From Alphaproteobacteria bacterium (GTDB lineage Bacteria; Pseudomonadota; Alphaproteobacteria; Rhodobacterales; Rhodobacteraceae): a DNA stretch of 64,000 nucleotides. The translations under genes and the position numbers were made by a program. Under the pieces are notes generated by a model. That model searched no databases. It had not been told where the DNA came from and worked only from the letters and a program-made list of their open reading frames with translations. The stretch spans positions 21,362 to 85,361 of the forward strand of contig JAUHVK010000010.1 of the NCBI GenBank assembly GCA_030425145.1. Direction: 5' to 3'. Below, one piece after another: positions 31,111 through 42,939 of the stretch (position 1 is the stretch's first letter; each line of letters opens with the position of its first letter).

Positions 31111-32232
31111 TTATGCAGCTTTGAGCAGTTTCTGAGGCTCGGTTACATCAAGGCCAAGCGCCCGACCGACTGCGTCATATGTCAGTTTGCCTGCGTGCAC
31201 ATTGAGGCCCGCCAACAGATGCGGATCGTCGGCGCACGCCTGCTTCCAACCCTTGTCGGCCAAGGCCAACATGAACGGCATCGTGGCGTTGCCAAGCGCG
31301 ATGGTCGACGTGCGGGCAACGGCGCCCGGCATGTTGGCCACGCAGTAGTGCATGATGCCATCGACATCGTAGATCGGGTTCTCATGCGTGGTGGCTTTCG
31401 AGGTCTCAAAGCATCCGCCCTGGTCGATGGCCACGTCCACAAGCGCGGAACCCGGCTTCATCAGGCCAAGGTCGGCACGGCTCACCAGTTTGGGTGCTGC
31501 GGCACCGGGGATAAGCACGGCACCTACAACCATGTCGGCGGTCGTGATCATCTCGGCAATGTTCGCCTGGCTGGCGTAACGGGTTCGGAAAGTGCCACCA
31601 AACACGTCATCGAGATAGCGCATGCGGGGCAGGGAACGGTCCAGAACCGTCACATCTGCGCCCATGCCAGCCGCGACGCGGGCCGCGTGGGTGCCGACAA
31701 CGCCGCCGCCGATCACGACAACCTGTGCCGGGCCAACACCGGGTACGCCGCCCATCAGTACGCCACGGCCGCCATTGGCCTTCTGCAAGGTCCATGCGCC
31801 CATCTGCGGCGCAAGTTTGCCCGCGACTTCGGACATCGGGGCCAGCAGGGGCAGGCCGCCATTGCGGTCGGTCACGGTTTCATAGGCAATCGCGGTGCAA
31901 CCTGAGGCGAGCAGGTCTTTGGTCTGCTCGGGGTCCGGCGCGAGGTGCAGATAGGTGAACAGCAACTGACCTTCGCGCAGCATCTTGCGCTCGACCGCCT
32001 GCGGTTCCTTGACCTTGACGATCATGTCTGCGGTCGCGAACACCTCTTCTGCGGTGTCGATGATCTGCGCACCAGCGGCAGTGTAGGCTGCGTCGTCAAA
32101 GCCTGCGCCAATGCCGGCACCTTTCTGGATCAAAACGGTGTGGCCATGTGCAACGGCTTCCTGTGCCGCGCTCGGAGTGACGCCGACGCGGAATTCCTGG
32201 GGTTTGATTTCGGTTGGGCATCCGATTTTCAT
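31111..32232 (-). CDS. ald: Alanine dehydrogenase
   Basis: The N-terminus is MKIGCPTEIKPQEFRVG. The NAD motif is VIGGGVVGTHAARVAAGMGADVTVLD. Length is 373 aa. Confidence 0.92.
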   Translation of the reverse strand: MKIGCPTEIKPQEFRVGVTPSAAQEAVAHGHTVLIQKGAGIGAGFDDAAYTAAGAQIIDTAEEVFATADMIVKVKEPQAVERKMLREGQLLFTYLHLAPDPEQTKDLLASGCTAIAYETVTDRNGGLPLLAPMSEVAGKLAPQMGAWTLQKANGGRGVLMGGVPGVGPAQVVVIGGGVVGTHAARVAAGMGADVTVLDRSLPRMRYLDDVFGGTFRTRYASQANIAEMITTADMVVGAVLIPGAAAPKLVSRADLGLMKPGSALVDVAIDQGGCFETSKATTHENPIYDVDGIMHYCVANMPGAVARTSTIALGNATMPFMLALADKGWKQACADDPHLLAGLNVHAGKLTYDAVGRALGLDVTEPQKLLKAA

Positions 32233-32369
32233 GACTGTCTCCTCCGACTCTGTATGAAAGAAGGATGCTCCTTTCTGCCTGCAATTTCGTATGGATTTTT
32301 GGCGGGAAACACGCCATTTTGCGAAGACCCTTCGAAGAAAAGGGCAAATTTCGAAAGGAACTTTGCGTC

Positions 32370-32828
32370 ATGTCTCTGGACGATACCGATCGACGGATTC
32401 TGAGGGTGCTGCAGCGGAAGGGCCGCATTTCGAATGCTGAACTGGCCGAGTCGGTTCATCTGTCGGCCTCGGCGTGTCATCGGCGGGTGCAGCGCCTCGA
32501 AACCGATGGCTACATCCGTGATTACGTTGCATTGCTGAACGCGCGCAAGCTGGGGATGCCGACCACTGTTTTCGTCGAGATCAAACTCAGCAGTCAGGCG
32601 GATGACCTGCTGGAAGCTTTCGAAAAAGCGGTGGCGCGCGTGCCGGACGTTCTCGAGTGTCATCTGATGGCGGGGACTGCGGATTACATCCTCAAGATCG
32701 TTGCCGAAGACACCGAGGATTTTGCCCGCATTCACCGCCAGTATCTGACGCGGCTGCCCGGTGTGGCGCAGATGCAAAGCTCCTTTGCGCTGCGCACGGT
32801 GTTCAAGACCACTGCGCTTCCTGTTTGA
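32370..32828 (+). CDS. Lrp/AsnC-family transcriptional regulator (divergent from ald)
   Basis: The helix-turn-helix segment is LDDTDRRILRVLQRKGRISNAELAESV. It is 152 aa from the ATG at 32370. Confidence 0.88.
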   Translation: MSLDDTDRRILRVLQRKGRISNAELAESVHLSASACHRRVQRLETDGYIRDYVALLNARKLGMPTTVFVEIKLSSQADDLLEAFEKAVARVPDVLECHLMAGTADYILKIVAEDTEDFARIHRQYLTRLPGVAQMQSSFALRTVFKTTALPV

Positions 32829-32929
32829 CATCCGCGTCTTAAAGGGGCGGTCGCCATGTATGTTCTTATTTTGTTCCAAAGGTGTTATTATTCAGTAACG
32901 ACTCACATTTTGAACGAAGGTTTACCACG

Positions 32930-33319
32930 ATGAAAACCCCACATGGTGCTGTTGCCTGGAATGAATTGATGACGCGCGACATCAAAGCCGCCAAGGCATT
33001 TTACACCGTAACCTGCGGCTGGACCTATGACGCCATGACGATGGACAGCGGCAATCACTACTACGTCGCAATGGCCGGAGGGCGGCCGGTTGCCGGGTTG
33101 ATGGACATGACCGGATTGCCCGGTATGACTGAGGTTCCACCACACTGGTTCACGTATTTCGCGGTGGACGATGTCGACGCCGCAGTTAAGCAGACCACCG
33201 CCAAAGGCGGCGAAGTGATCCGCGCCCCTTTCGACGTGGATGGCATTGGCCGTATCGCAATTCTCAAGGACAGCGGCGGAGCGGCTGTGGGCATGATCAC
33301 GGAGGCATCGCAGGGTTGA
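32930..33319 (+). CDS. VOC (glyoxalase/bleomycin-resistance fold) family protein
   Basis: It is about 129 aa with a family-like pattern (WNELMTRD, YFAVDDVDAAV, GRIAILKDSGGAAVG). Confidence 0.7.
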   Translation: MKTPHGAVAWNELMTRDIKAAKAFYTVTCGWTYDAMTMDSGNHYYVAMAGGRPVAGLMDMTGLPGMTEVPPHWFTYFAVDDVDAAVKQTTAKGGEVIRAPFDVDGIGRIAILKDSGGAAVGMITEASQG

Positions 33320-33431
33320 GGCCGTCTGTTTGCGCCTTGGTGGCAAAAACGGTAGGGTGCGCGGGCACACACCGGAGAACCCGCCTGAGATGCGGCCTCC
33401 CACACTCATCCCCCCGACATACGGAGATTTC

Positions 33432-33866
33432 ATGACCCAGGTAAAAACGGGCGATATCGTTTCGATTCATTATACCGGCACACTCTCGGACGGTTCCACC
33501 TTCGACAGTTCTTCTGGCCGCGCGCCTTTGGAATTTACAGTTGGCGCAGGTCAGATCATTCCCGGTCTCGATCAGGCGATCCCCGGCATGGCTGTGGGTG
33601 ACACCAAGACGGTGCAGGTGCCCGCGGATCAAGCCTATGGTCAGCGTGACCCCAATGCTCAGCAGGCCGTACCCCGCGCCGACATCCCGGCAGACATCCC
33701 GCTTGAGCCGGGCACACAGCTTCAGATGCAGACTCCGACCGGTCAGATTGTTCCGGTGATGGTTGCGGAAGTCACTGAAACTGAAGTGACATTGGACGCG
33801 AACCACCCGCTGGCAGGCAAAGACCTGACCTTTGACGTGGAAGTCGTCGAAATCAAAGCGGCCTGA
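33432..33866 (+). CDS. FKBP-type peptidyl-prolyl cis-trans isomerase (SlyD-like)
   Basis: IHYTGTLSDGSTFDSS and the FTVGAGQIIPGLD motif are present. Length is 144 aa. Confidence 0.88.
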   Translation: MTQVKTGDIVSIHYTGTLSDGSTFDSSSGRAPLEFTVGAGQIIPGLDQAIPGMAVGDTKTVQVPADQAYGQRDPNAQQAVPRADIPADIPLEPGTQLQMQTPTGQIVPVMVAEVTETEVTLDANHPLAGKDLTFDVEVVEIKAA

Positions 33867-33900
33867 TTAGGCCCTGATCGGCTTGGCCGATCAAGCTTGA

Positions 33901-33921
33901 GCGAGGGGCACTGCCCCTCGC
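33901..33921. terminator. GC-rich palindrome between convergent genes (possible bidirectional terminator, no T-run)
   Basis: The palindrome is GCGAGGGGCA C TGCCCCTCGC. It lies between the FKBP gene (+) and metG (-). Confidence 0.35.
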
Positions 33922-33957
33922 GCTACTAGAGGTATTTGCGCCTCAGAACCGCAGGCG

Positions 33958-35676
33958 TCAGGTACGAACCCCGGCAAAGCGCTGCTGCCAATCAGCACGC
34001 TCATCGTCGGTAATCTTACGGAATGTGACCTCCGGTACCGAGAAGGCATGACCCGCAGGCAGAGCCGTTACAGCGGATGCTATGTCGGTGGGCCAGCTTG
34101 CGTCTTCGGCATGCATCGCGGTCAGAAGCTGGGCCGAAGCATCCGGGATGAACGGGCTCGAGATCACCGCGTAGAAACGGATGAGGTTGAGCGCGATTCG
34201 GATCTGCATCGCGGCCGTGTCCGGATCTTCTTTGAACGTCGTCCACGGGGCGACATCCTGCAGGTATTCGTTGCCCAGTACCCAAAGCGCGCGCAGCGCG
34301 GCAGCGGATTTGCGAACCTCGATGGCGTCCATATGCGCTTCGTATTCGCGCAGGCCCTTTTCGAGATCGGCGAGCAGTTGTTCTTCACGCGGACCAGGCG
34401 TGCCAGCAGACGGAACCTCTTCGCTGAATTTCGATCGGCAGAACTTGGTCACACGGCTGGCGAAGTTGCCCAGCACGTCGGCGAGATCCTTGTTCACGGA
34501 CCCTTGGAAGTTCTCCCAGGTGAATTCGCTGTCCGAGCTTTCCGGTGCGTGGCTCAGCAGCCACCAGCGCCAGTAATCGGCGGGCAGAATTTCCAGCGCT
34601 TGATCCATGAACACGCCGCGGCCTTGGCTCGTGCTGAACTGACCGCCATCGTAGTTCAGGTAGTTGAACGACTTGATGTAATCGACGAGCTTCCAATCTT
34701 CGCCTGATCCAAGGATCGTCACAGGGAAGCTGAGCGTGTGGAACGGCACGTTGTCCTTGCCCATGAACTGGGTGTAGCGCACATCGTCCGCGCCTTTGTC
34801 GGTCCGCCACCAGCGTTCCCAATCGGCATCGGTTTTGCCATTTGCCTCAGCCCATTCGCCGGCGCAGGCGATGTACTCGATCGGGGCATCGAACCAGACA
34901 TAGAAGACCTTGCCTTCCATGCCGGGCCAATCTTCTTCGCCTTTCTTGACCGGGATACCCCAGTCCAAGTCGCGGGTGATGCCCCGGTCCTGCAGCCCAT
35001 CGCCATCGTTCAGCCATTTCTTTGCGATGGATGTCGTCAACACCGGCCAGTCGGTTTTGCTGTCGATCCACTCCTGCAGTTTGCCGCGCATGTCGGATTG
35101 GCGCAGGTAGAGGTGCTTGGTTTCGCGCACTTCGAGATCAGTCGAGCCGGAAATCGCCGAGCGTGGTTCGATCAGATCAGTGGGGTCGAGCTGTTTGGTG
35201 CAGTTCTCGCACTGGTCTCCGCGCGCTTTGTCATAGCCGCAGTTCGGGCAGGTGCCCTCGATATAGCGGTCCGGCAGAAAGCGTTTGTCTGCGTGGCTGT
35301 AAACCTGCTTTTCGCTGACTTCACGGATCAGCCCGGCATCGGCCAGACGGCCTGCCAGGTGCTGGGTCAGCTTATGGTTCTGCGGACTGGAGGAGCGGCC
35401 GAAATGGTCAAAGGACAGGCGGAAGCCTTTTGCGATTTCCGACTGCACAGCGTGCATTTCGGCGCAGTAATCGGCAACGGGTTTGCCGGCTTTCGCTGCG
35501 GCCAACTCAGCCGGTGTACCGTGCTCATCGGTGGCGCAAAGATACATCACTTCATGGCCTCGTGCCCGCAGATAGCGGGCGTAGAGGTCTGCAGGCAACT
35601 GGCTGCCCACGAGGTTTCCGAGGTGCTTGATCCCGTTGATATATGGGATTGCCGACGTGATGAGATGCCGTGCCAT
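33958..35676 (-). CDS. metG: Methionine--tRNA ligase
   Basis: The HIGH-region is [11 protein letters not shown]. The zinc knuckle is [17 protein letters not shown]. Length is 572 aa. Confidence 0.93.
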   Translation of the reverse strand: MARHLITSAIPYINGIKHLGNLVGSQLPADLYARYLRARGHEVMYLCATDEHGTPAELAAAKAGKPVADYCAEMHAVQSEIAKGFRLSFDHFGRSSSPQNHKLTQHLAGRLADAGLIREVSEKQVYSHADKRFLPDRYIEGTCPNCGYDKARGDQCENCTKQLDPTDLIEPRSAISGSTDLEVRETKHLYLRQSDMRGKLQEWIDSKTDWPVLTTSIAKKWLNDGDGLQDRGITRDLDWGIPVKKGEEDWPGMEGKVFYVWFDAPIEYIACAGEWAEANGKTDADWERWWRTDKGADDVRYTQFMGKDNVPFHTLSFPVTILGSGEDWKLVDYIKSFNYLNYDGGQFSTSQGRGVFMDQALEILPADYWRWWLLSHAPESSDSEFTWENFQGSVNKDLADVLGNFASRVTKFCRSKFSEEVPSAGTPGPREEQLLADLEKGLREYEAHMDAIEVRKSAAALRALWVLGNEYLQDVAPWTTFKEDPDTAAMQIRIALNLIRFYAVISSPFIPDASAQLLTAMHAEDASWPTDIASAVTALPAGHAFSVPEVTFRKITDDERADWQQRFAGVRT

Positions 35677-35746
35677 GTCCTGTGCGCCTGCTTTGTCACT
35701 GAAGTTTGGGCCGCTTTAGCGGATCATCGCCGCGAGTGCCAGAGGA

Positions 35747-36967
35747 TCAGTCTTTTTCGCGGCTGGACTTCATCAGACGCCCGATCAGGAACGAGGTACG
35801 CGGCGCATAGACATAGGGCGTCTTTGGGTGGCTGGGACGGGCGCGCATCCGGATCAGGCCGAACGCCACAAGAACCGCGTGTCCGACAGCGATCATCGCA
35901 AAAAGCGCGGGTGGCCCGAAGAGCGCCATCAGAACCGATGCGAGGTAAGGCGCGGCAATCGCGCCGCACGCGTACCAGAACATCAGCGCGGCCGAGAGTT
36001 CGACTCGTTCGCTGGAACTGGCGAAGTCATGGGCGTGAGCCGCGGCGACGGAGTAGATCGGAAAGGTGGTCAGACCAAAGATCATCGCTGTGATGAAGAC
36101 GCCCGATGTCGGCAGATCGGTCAATGATGCGGTCATGATACAAGATGCGATTGCCGCCACCGACAGCCAGATCAGCACCCAGCGTCGGTCATATTTGTCG
36201 GCCAGCCATCCGACGGGGTATTGCGCCAAGGCGCCTCCGGCCACGAAAGCGGCCATGAAGAGTGCGATCTGGTCAAGCGCGAGGCCAACACCTTGCCCGT
36301 AGACCGGACCCACCATGCGGAAGGATGCTGAAGAGATCGCAGCCACGATCACTCCGGCGGCGGCCAGGGGGGACCGCGCCACGGCTAGCATTGGGCGCAA
36401 GCGCGGGGCGTCGGGGATTTCGGGTTGAGGCCGGGTGGTCAGGGCCAGAGGCAGCAGGGCCGCACAGCAGAAGATCGCAAGCAGGTTGTAGCTGACATAA
36501 GCGGCGGGGGTCAGAACTCCGATCAGCAATTGCGCGATGAGCGACGCGCCCATATCGGCGATCCGGTAAAGCCCCATGGCGCGGCCGCGGGTCTCGTTTG
36601 TGACCTCGGCCTGAAGCCAGGCTTCGATCACGGTGTAGCAGCCTGCGACGCAAACCCCGGTTGCGATCCGCATCAGCGCCCAGGCCAGAGGTTCGGCCAG
36701 CATCATGTGGCTTATCAGGCCGATCGCGCCCAGGACCGTGAAGGCGGAGAAGGCGCGCGCATGGCCGACAGTGCCCATCAGGCGCGGTGCCCACCAGCAG
36801 CCGATGAAGAAGCCGAAGAAATGCGCGGATCCGAGCATCCCGATTTCGGCGGTGGTAAAGCCGAGTGTGATGCCGGAAATGGCGTCCAAAGGTCCGACGC
36901 CGCCCGAGGACAGCTGCAGCAAGGCAACGGACAGGAACAGGGCGGCAAAAGATATGGGTAGGCGCAT
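35747..36967 (-). CDS. MFS transporter
   Basis: It has about 12 predicted TM helices. I chose ATG 36967, although GTG 36976 is also possible. Confidence 0.75.
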   Translation of the reverse strand: MRLPISFAALFLSVALLQLSSGGVGPLDAISGITLGFTTAEIGMLGSAHFFGFFIGCWWAPRLMGTVGHARAFSAFTVLGAIGLISHMMLAEPLAWALMRIATGVCVAGCYTVIEAWLQAEVTNETRGRAMGLYRIADMGASLIAQLLIGVLTPAAYVSYNLLAIFCCAALLPLALTTRPQPEIPDAPRLRPMLAVARSPLAAAGVIVAAISSASFRMVGPVYGQGVGLALDQIALFMAAFVAGGALAQYPVGWLADKYDRRWVLIWLSVAAIASCIMTASLTDLPTSGVFITAMIFGLTTFPIYSVAAAHAHDFASSSERVELSAALMFWYACGAIAAPYLASVLMALFGPPALFAMIAVGHAVLVAFGLIRMRARPSHPKTPYVYAPRTSFLIGRLMKSSREKD

Positions 36968-37015
36968 AACGCACACCCTAACCGACGTGACCGGGGTCGG
37001 TCGCTCATATTCGAC

Positions 37016-37735
<720 letters not shown>

Positions 37736-37750
37736 GGTGGCAGTTTATAT

Positions 37751-37765
37751 GTTCTTTCTTTGTTC
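37751..37765. promoter_or_regulatory. Alphaproteobacterial LexA (SOS) box GTTC-N7-GTTC
   Basis: GTTCTTTCTTTGTTC is an exact match to the GTTCN7GTTC direct-repeat operator. It lies in the imuA-like/modA divergent intergenic region. Confidence 0.7.
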
Positions 37766-37867
37766 TCAAGAGATTCGTCGCACCCTGCGTGTGAGCCCTT
37801 GCCTCGGATCGGTGCAATTGGTCAGGTACGTCAAAGATTTGCCCTCGAGGACAAGGACCTGCATCTC

Positions 37868-38641
37868 GTGACCCCGATCCTGCGTGCCACACTGGTTGCG
37901 ATCTGGTTGGCCCTGCCTGCAAAGGCGGCTGACCTGACCGTGTTTGCGGCCGCTTCCTTGGGAGATGCGATGGCAGAGCTTGCGACGGCGTGGGAGGCCG
38001 ATACAGGGCAAGACGTGGCGCTAGTACTTGCGGGCAGTTCGACCCTCGCGCGCCAGATCGACGCTGGGGCACCTGCGGATGTCTTCGTCTCCGCAAACGA
38101 AACATGGATGGATTGGCTGGTCGCGCGGGAGCGGGCCGTGGCTGAAAGCCGTGTCGATATCGCGTCCAATCGCCTTGTGCTGGTGGCGCACGATCCCGCC
38201 GCATCCTCCGATGCCGACATCACAACGCAAACCGACATTCTAGGGACTCTCGGAGAGTCAGGCCGCTTGGCCATCGCCTTGCCCGAAGCGGTGCCGGCGG
38301 GCATCTATGCCAAGACCGCGCTCACAGAGCTTGGGCTCTGGGAGAACCTACAAGCACGGCTGGCCCCGACCGACAATGTGCGAGCGGCACTGGCGCTGGT
38401 GGCCTTGGGCGAAGCGCCCTTGGGCATCGTCTATGCGACCGACGCAGTTGCCGAGCCGCGCGTGGTGACCGCAGGTGTGTTTCCCGAGGATACCCATCCG
38501 GCCATTCGCTATCCGGCTGCTGTTGTCTCGGATACATCGTCAGCGGAGGCGGCCAATACCTTTGTTGCTTGGCTGGTCAACCCGGCGGCGCAGGCCGTGC
38601 TGGCGCGCTACGGGTTTCTCCCGGTTGGGATGCCGGAATGA
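37868..38641 (+). CDS. modA: Molybdate ABC transporter substrate-binding protein
   Basis: I chose the GTG start at 37868, which gives signal peptide TPILRATLVAIWLALPAKA. The ModA-like core shows TVFAAASL and VPAGIYAK. The long upstream extension in the ORF track is antisense to imuA. Confidence 0.8.
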   Translation: MTPILRATLVAIWLALPAKAADLTVFAAASLGDAMAELATAWEADTGQDVALVLAGSSTLARQIDAGAPADVFVSANETWMDWLVARERAVAESRVDIASNRLVLVAHDPAASSDADITTQTDILGTLGESGRLAIALPEAVPAGIYAKTALTELGLWENLQARLAPTDNVRAALALVALGEAPLGIVYATDAVAEPRVVTAGVFPEDTHPAIRYPAAVVSDTSSAEAANTFVAWLVNPAAQAVLARYGFLPVGMPE

Positions 38642-39336
38642 GTGGATGGCTTGGGCCCGATGAATGGCAGGCTGTCGCCCTCTCGCTCAAGGTGTCGTTC
38701 TGGGCGACCCTGCTCAGCCTACCGTTCGGATTGATGTGCGCTCTGGCGCTAGCGCGTGGCCGGTTTGTCGGTCGGGATGTCTTGAACTGGCTGGTGCACC
38801 TGCCTCTCGTGTTGCCGCCAGTCGTCACCGGCTATCTGCTTTTGTTGACGTTCGGACGACAAGGTCCGATCGGGTCAGTGCTGGATGATCTCTTCGGGAT
38901 CACGCTGGCTTTTCAATGGACAGGGGCGGCCTTGGCCGCGTCGATCATGGCTTTCCCGTTAATGGTGCGCGCCATGCGACTGGCGATTGAGGCGGTTGAT
39001 CCCCGGTTGGAAGAAGCGGCTGCCACATTGGGGGCAAGCCGGATCAAGGTGTTCAGCACCGTGACCCTCCCTCTGATCCTGCCGGGGATCATCGCGGGGG
39101 CTGTTCTGGCCTTTGCCAAGGCGATGGGCGAATTCGGCGCGACCATCACCTTTGTGTCGAACATCCCCGGCGAAACCCGCACCGTGCCCTCTGCGATCTA
39201 TGCGTTCCTGCAGGTGCCCGGCGGTGAATCCAGCGCGATCCGGTTGGTTGTGGTTGCGGTTGGCATAGCGATTGCCGCGCTGGTCCTGTCGGAATGGTTG
39301 TCGCGCCGGGTGGCGCAGCGGATTTCCGGATCATGA
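38638..39336 (+). CDS. modB: Molybdate ABC transporter permease
   Basis: It overlaps modA by ATGA. It has multiple TM helices and the permease loop AAATLGASRIKVF. Confidence 0.85.
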   Translation: MSGWLGPDEWQAVALSLKVSFWATLLSLPFGLMCALALARGRFVGRDVLNWLVHLPLVLPPVVTGYLLLLTFGRQGPIGSVLDDLFGITLAFQWTGAALAASIMAFPLMVRAMRLAIEAVDPRLEEAAATLGASRIKVFSTVTLPLILPGIIAGAVLAFAKAMGEFGATITFVSNIPGETRTVPSAIYAFLQVPGGESSAIRLVVVAVGIAIAALVLSEWLSRRVAQRISGS

Positions 39337-40430
39337 GCCTGTCTGTCGACATCCGGCGATCCCTTGGCGGGTTTGACCTGAACGCATCGTTCGATGCGCC
39401 CGAGGGTGTGACGGTTCTCTTCGGCAAATCCGGCAGCGGCAAAACCTCGGTGGTGAAATCGGTGGCAGGGCTTGTTGCGCCGGACCAAGGTAAGGTCTCC
39501 CTGAACGGGCGCGTTCTGTTCGACGCCGCTGCTGGCACCAACGTCGCCGTACACAAGCGGCGCTTGGGATACGTGTTTCAGGACAGCCGCCTGTTTCCGC
39601 ATCTGAGTGTGCAGGACAACCTGTGTTACGCCGCGCGTGTCAGCGGACGCGGTTCCACAGACCCCAAGGATGTTGCAGCCTTGCTGGGGATTGCGCATTT
39701 GCTGGACCGTCGCACTCATGCGCTGTCCGGGGGCGAGGCGCAGCGCGTGGCGATTGGCCGGGCGCTGTTGTCGGAACCGGACATGCTCTTGATGGACGAA
39801 CCGCTGGCTTCACTCGACGGGCCGCGCAAAGCCGAGATTCTGCCCTATCTCGAAACCCTGCGGCGAGAAACCGGGCTGTCGATCCTCTACGTGACACACA
39901 ACATGGCCGAAGTTGCGCGACTGGCGACCCATATCGTGCTGATCGACGAGGGTCATGTGGTGCGATCAGGTGCTCCCGAAGAGTTGCTGACTGATCCCGA
40001 CATGGTCCGCCTGCTGGGCATTCGCGATGCGGGTGCCGTGCTGTCTGCCACTGTCGCCGGGCATCATCCCGACGGTCTCACATCGCTTTCGATTTCTGCC
40101 GGCCAAATTCTCCTGCCGACTGTCGAAGCGCCCATCGGTGCGAATATCCGGGTCCGCATTCTGGCGCAGGATGTGATCCTCGCAAGGTCGCGACCGGAAG
40201 GGCTGTCGGCGCTCAACATCCTGCCGGTCCGTGTACTTGCGGTACGCCGGGGTGAAGGGCCAGGGGTGGTTGTTCAGCTTCAGGCGGGCGACGACCGTTT
40301 GCTCGCACGGATCACCCGCCGCAGCGCCGACACGTTGAACATCGTCGAAGGCGCGGAGTGTTTCGCGGTGATGAAATCGGTGGCCGTTTCGCAGACGGAT
40401 ATCGCCGTTGGCTTGCAGACTGGACTTTAA
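39333..40430 (+). CDS. modC: Molybdenum ABC transporter ATP-binding protein
   Basis: It has the Walker A motif GKSGSGKTS, the ABC signature LSGGEAQRVAIGRAL and a C-terminal Mop/TOBE-like domain. It overlaps modB by ATGA. Confidence 0.88.
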   Translation: MSLSVDIRRSLGGFDLNASFDAPEGVTVLFGKSGSGKTSVVKSVAGLVAPDQGKVSLNGRVLFDAAAGTNVAVHKRRLGYVFQDSRLFPHLSVQDNLCYAARVSGRGSTDPKDVAALLGIAHLLDRRTHALSGGEAQRVAIGRALLSEPDMLLMDEPLASLDGPRKAEILPYLETLRRETGLSILYVTHNMAEVARLATHIVLIDEGHVVRSGAPEELLTDPDMVRLLGIRDAGAVLSATVAGHHPDGLTSLSISAGQILLPTVEAPIGANIRVRILAQDVILARSRPEGLSALNILPVRVLAVRRGEGPGVVVQLQAGDDRLLARITRRSADTLNIVEGAECFAVMKSVAVSQTDIAVGLQTGL

Positions 40431-40469
40431 CCGCTACTTTGCGCGCAACTAAAGTTGAAGGAACGCGCG

Positions 40470-41513
40470 ATGAAGATGAACCGACTGGGCAGAACTGATC
40501 TGATGGTGTCGGAGCTGTGCCTCGGCACCATGACCTATGGCAATCAGACGCCAGAGGCGGATGCCCACACGCAGATGGACATGGCGCTGGACGCCGGGAT
40601 CAATTTTATCGACGGGGCCGAGATGTATCCCGTCAACCCGGTCTCCAAGGAAACCATCGGACTGACCGAAGAAATACTCGGCAATTGGTTCCAGAAAACC
40701 GGACGGCGCAATGAGTGGGTTCTGGCGACCAAACATTCCGGCGAAGGCATGGAGCACGCCCGCGACGGCGCGCCGATCTCGAGCGAGACCGTTCCCAGCG
40801 CAGTCGAAGGCTCGCTGAAGCGGCTCAAGACAGACCATATCGACCTCTACCAGCTCCACTGGCCCAATCGCGGTTCTTACATGTTCCGCAAGAACTGGAC
40901 CTTTGACCCGACCTCTCAGAACCGGACCGAAACGCTCCAGAACATGGCCGACGTACTGGGCGCTCTGCACCGTGAAATCGAAAAAGGACGTATTCGGCAT
41001 ATCGGTCTGTCGAACGAAAGTGCTTGGGGAACAATGATGTGGTTGCAGGTTGCGCAGGCGATGGCTGGACCGCGCATGGAAAGCATTCAGAACGAATACT
41101 CACTCATGTGCCGCATGGCGGATACCGATCTGGCCGAAGTGATGGTGCATGAAGAGGTTTCTCTTCTCCCGTTCTCACCCTTGGCGGCGGGTCTTCTGAC
41201 CGGCAAATACCAGAACGGCGCGGTGCCCGAAGGGTCGCGTATGTCGCTCAATGGCAATCTGGGTGGGCGTAAGACCGACCGCGCGTTCGAGGCGGTCGAT
41301 GCCTATGCCAAGGTGGCAGAGCAGGCGGGTCTCGATCTGGCGCATATGGCTTTGGCTTGGTCAGCGCAGAGGCCTTTCGTAGCCTCTTCGATCTTTGGAG
41401 CGACCACGTCGGAGCAGCTTGCGCATCTCCTCAAGTCGGTGGGCATGACGCTGAGTGCCGATGTTCTGAAAACGCTGGACGAGACGCATAGGCTACATCC
41501 GATGCCTTACTGA
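40470..41513 (+). CDS. Aldo/keto reductase (Tas-like, NADP-dependent)
   Basis: The N-terminus is MKMNRLGRTDLMVSELCLGTMTYG. The segment DLYQLHWPNR is present. Length is about 347 aa. Confidence 0.85.
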   Translation: MKMNRLGRTDLMVSELCLGTMTYGNQTPEADAHTQMDMALDAGINFIDGAEMYPVNPVSKETIGLTEEILGNWFQKTGRRNEWVLATKHSGEGMEHARDGAPISSETVPSAVEGSLKRLKTDHIDLYQLHWPNRGSYMFRKNWTFDPTSQNRTETLQNMADVLGALHREIEKGRIRHIGLSNESAWGTMMWLQVAQAMAGPRMESIQNEYSLMCRMADTDLAEVMVHEEVSLLPFSPLAAGLLTGKYQNGAVPEGSRMSLNGNLGGRKTDRAFEAVDAYAKVAEQAGLDLAHMALAWSAQRPFVASSIFGATTSEQLAHLLKSVGMTLSADVLKTLDETHRLHPMPY

Positions 41514-41532
41514 CCCGCCTACGGTCGGAGGC

Positions 41533-42807
41533 TTAAACAACGCTGGCGTCGGACCCGTTCAAGGGGCCGGAGCTAGCATTTTTCGGTTCCGGGATCGGGG
41601 ATGGGCGGATACCTGTTCGGCCCAACCGGGCTGGCAGTGTGCCCGACAGTGCCCATGCGCCCAAGAGCGCCGTTGCGCCGGCTGCAAAGATCCCGGCCAG
41701 CGGTGCCACCAGCAGGACAAGCCATGCCATGCCGGGGGTCAGGATACCCGACACGTCGCGGAAGCTGGAATAGACGGCGGACATCTCGGTGCGTTCCGAT
41801 GGCTTCACCGCAAGCAGGAACGGCAATCCCGCCGACACATCCAGCAGGATCAGGAAGAACGATCCGGTCATCAGGCAAAGAACGGCGACCCAGGGCAGGC
41901 CGGACATTACAGCCGCGGTGCCGAAGAGAAGACCCGCCATCACAAACCCGGTACGGACAGCGTGACGGATCGAATAGCGTTGCATGAACCGCAGCATGAA
42001 GGGTGTCACAAAGAGTGCGGCGTTGGAGGTCGACAGTGCGATTCCACCCAATTGCTCGCCCAGTCCCGACTGGATTGCGAAGATCGGCAAATAGACGACA
42101 TAGACCCACCAGCCGCAGGACCGGATCACGGCAAACAGCCATCCGGCCACCAAACGCGGTTGAGCGAAGAAGCGCGGGAGGAATCCCAGCGGGTTGGTGG
42201 GGGCGCGGCGGCTCTTTGTGATGAGCTTGCCATTGCCCATCCGCATGGCGAGAAACAGTAGCAGCATGGTAAACGACGCTGTCGCCGCTACGAGGAACGG
42301 TGCCGGTTCCCACCATTTGAGCAGTGTTACCCCCAGCACCGGCCCAACCGTCCAGCCCGCCGCGCTGTAGAACATGCGCGAGGTTTCACAGCGGCCCAGT
42401 TCGATCTTGGCGATGTAATCGAGCACATAGGCGTTGAAGCAGACAAAGGTGGTCACGGTCGCGACCGAGGTCAGCGTCAATCCCAGAACACTTGTCGCAA
42501 CGGACCCGTCGATGGCAAGCAGCGATCCCGCGATAAAACAGGATGCCCCGGTCATGTAGACCCAGCGTCTGGGAAGGAAACGGGCGAGGAACGGCACAAG
42601 AAGGCCCGTCACCAGCGACACGATCCCGATCAGGAAATAGACCTGCGACACCAATGCGGCGTCCTGAAGCGCCTGATACATACGCAGCGGAAACACCGAA
42701 ATCAGAATGCCGCGCGCCACTGCCTCAGCCGCAGCCAACATGGCAAAGCCGCGCACACTGGGTGCAGGTGCGTGGCGGAGCCACTCTGGAATTCGTCTTT
42801 CGTGCAT
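41533..42807 (-). CDS. MFS transporter
   Basis: It is polytopic and about 424 aa from MHERRIPEW. Confidence 0.7.
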   Translation of the reverse strand: MHERRIPEWLRHAPAPSVRGFAMLAAAEAVARGILISVFPLRMYQALQDAALVSQVYFLIGIVSLVTGLLVPFLARFLPRRWVYMTGASCFIAGSLLAIDGSVATSVLGLTLTSVATVTTFVCFNAYVLDYIAKIELGRCETSRMFYSAAGWTVGPVLGVTLLKWWEPAPFLVAATASFTMLLLFLAMRMGNGKLITKSRRAPTNPLGFLPRFFAQPRLVAGWLFAVIRSCGWWVYVVYLPIFAIQSGLGEQLGGIALSTSNAALFVTPFMLRFMQRYSIRHAVRTGFVMAGLLFGTAAVMSGLPWVAVLCLMTGSFFLILLDVSAGLPFLLAVKPSERTEMSAVYSSFRDVSGILTPGMAWLVLLVAPLAGIFAAGATALLGAWALSGTLPARLGRTGIRPSPIPEPKNASSGPLNGSDASVV

Positions 42808-42939
42808 GTCTGGCCTTTGATGTCTTGGCCAGAGATACGCAGTCGAACATGTCATGCATTGCTGTCCGCGACGCGATGTCGTTTTCTTGAAACGACCGTC
42901 CGCATGGCAGGTCGGACGGGCAGAACACAAGGAGGCCCC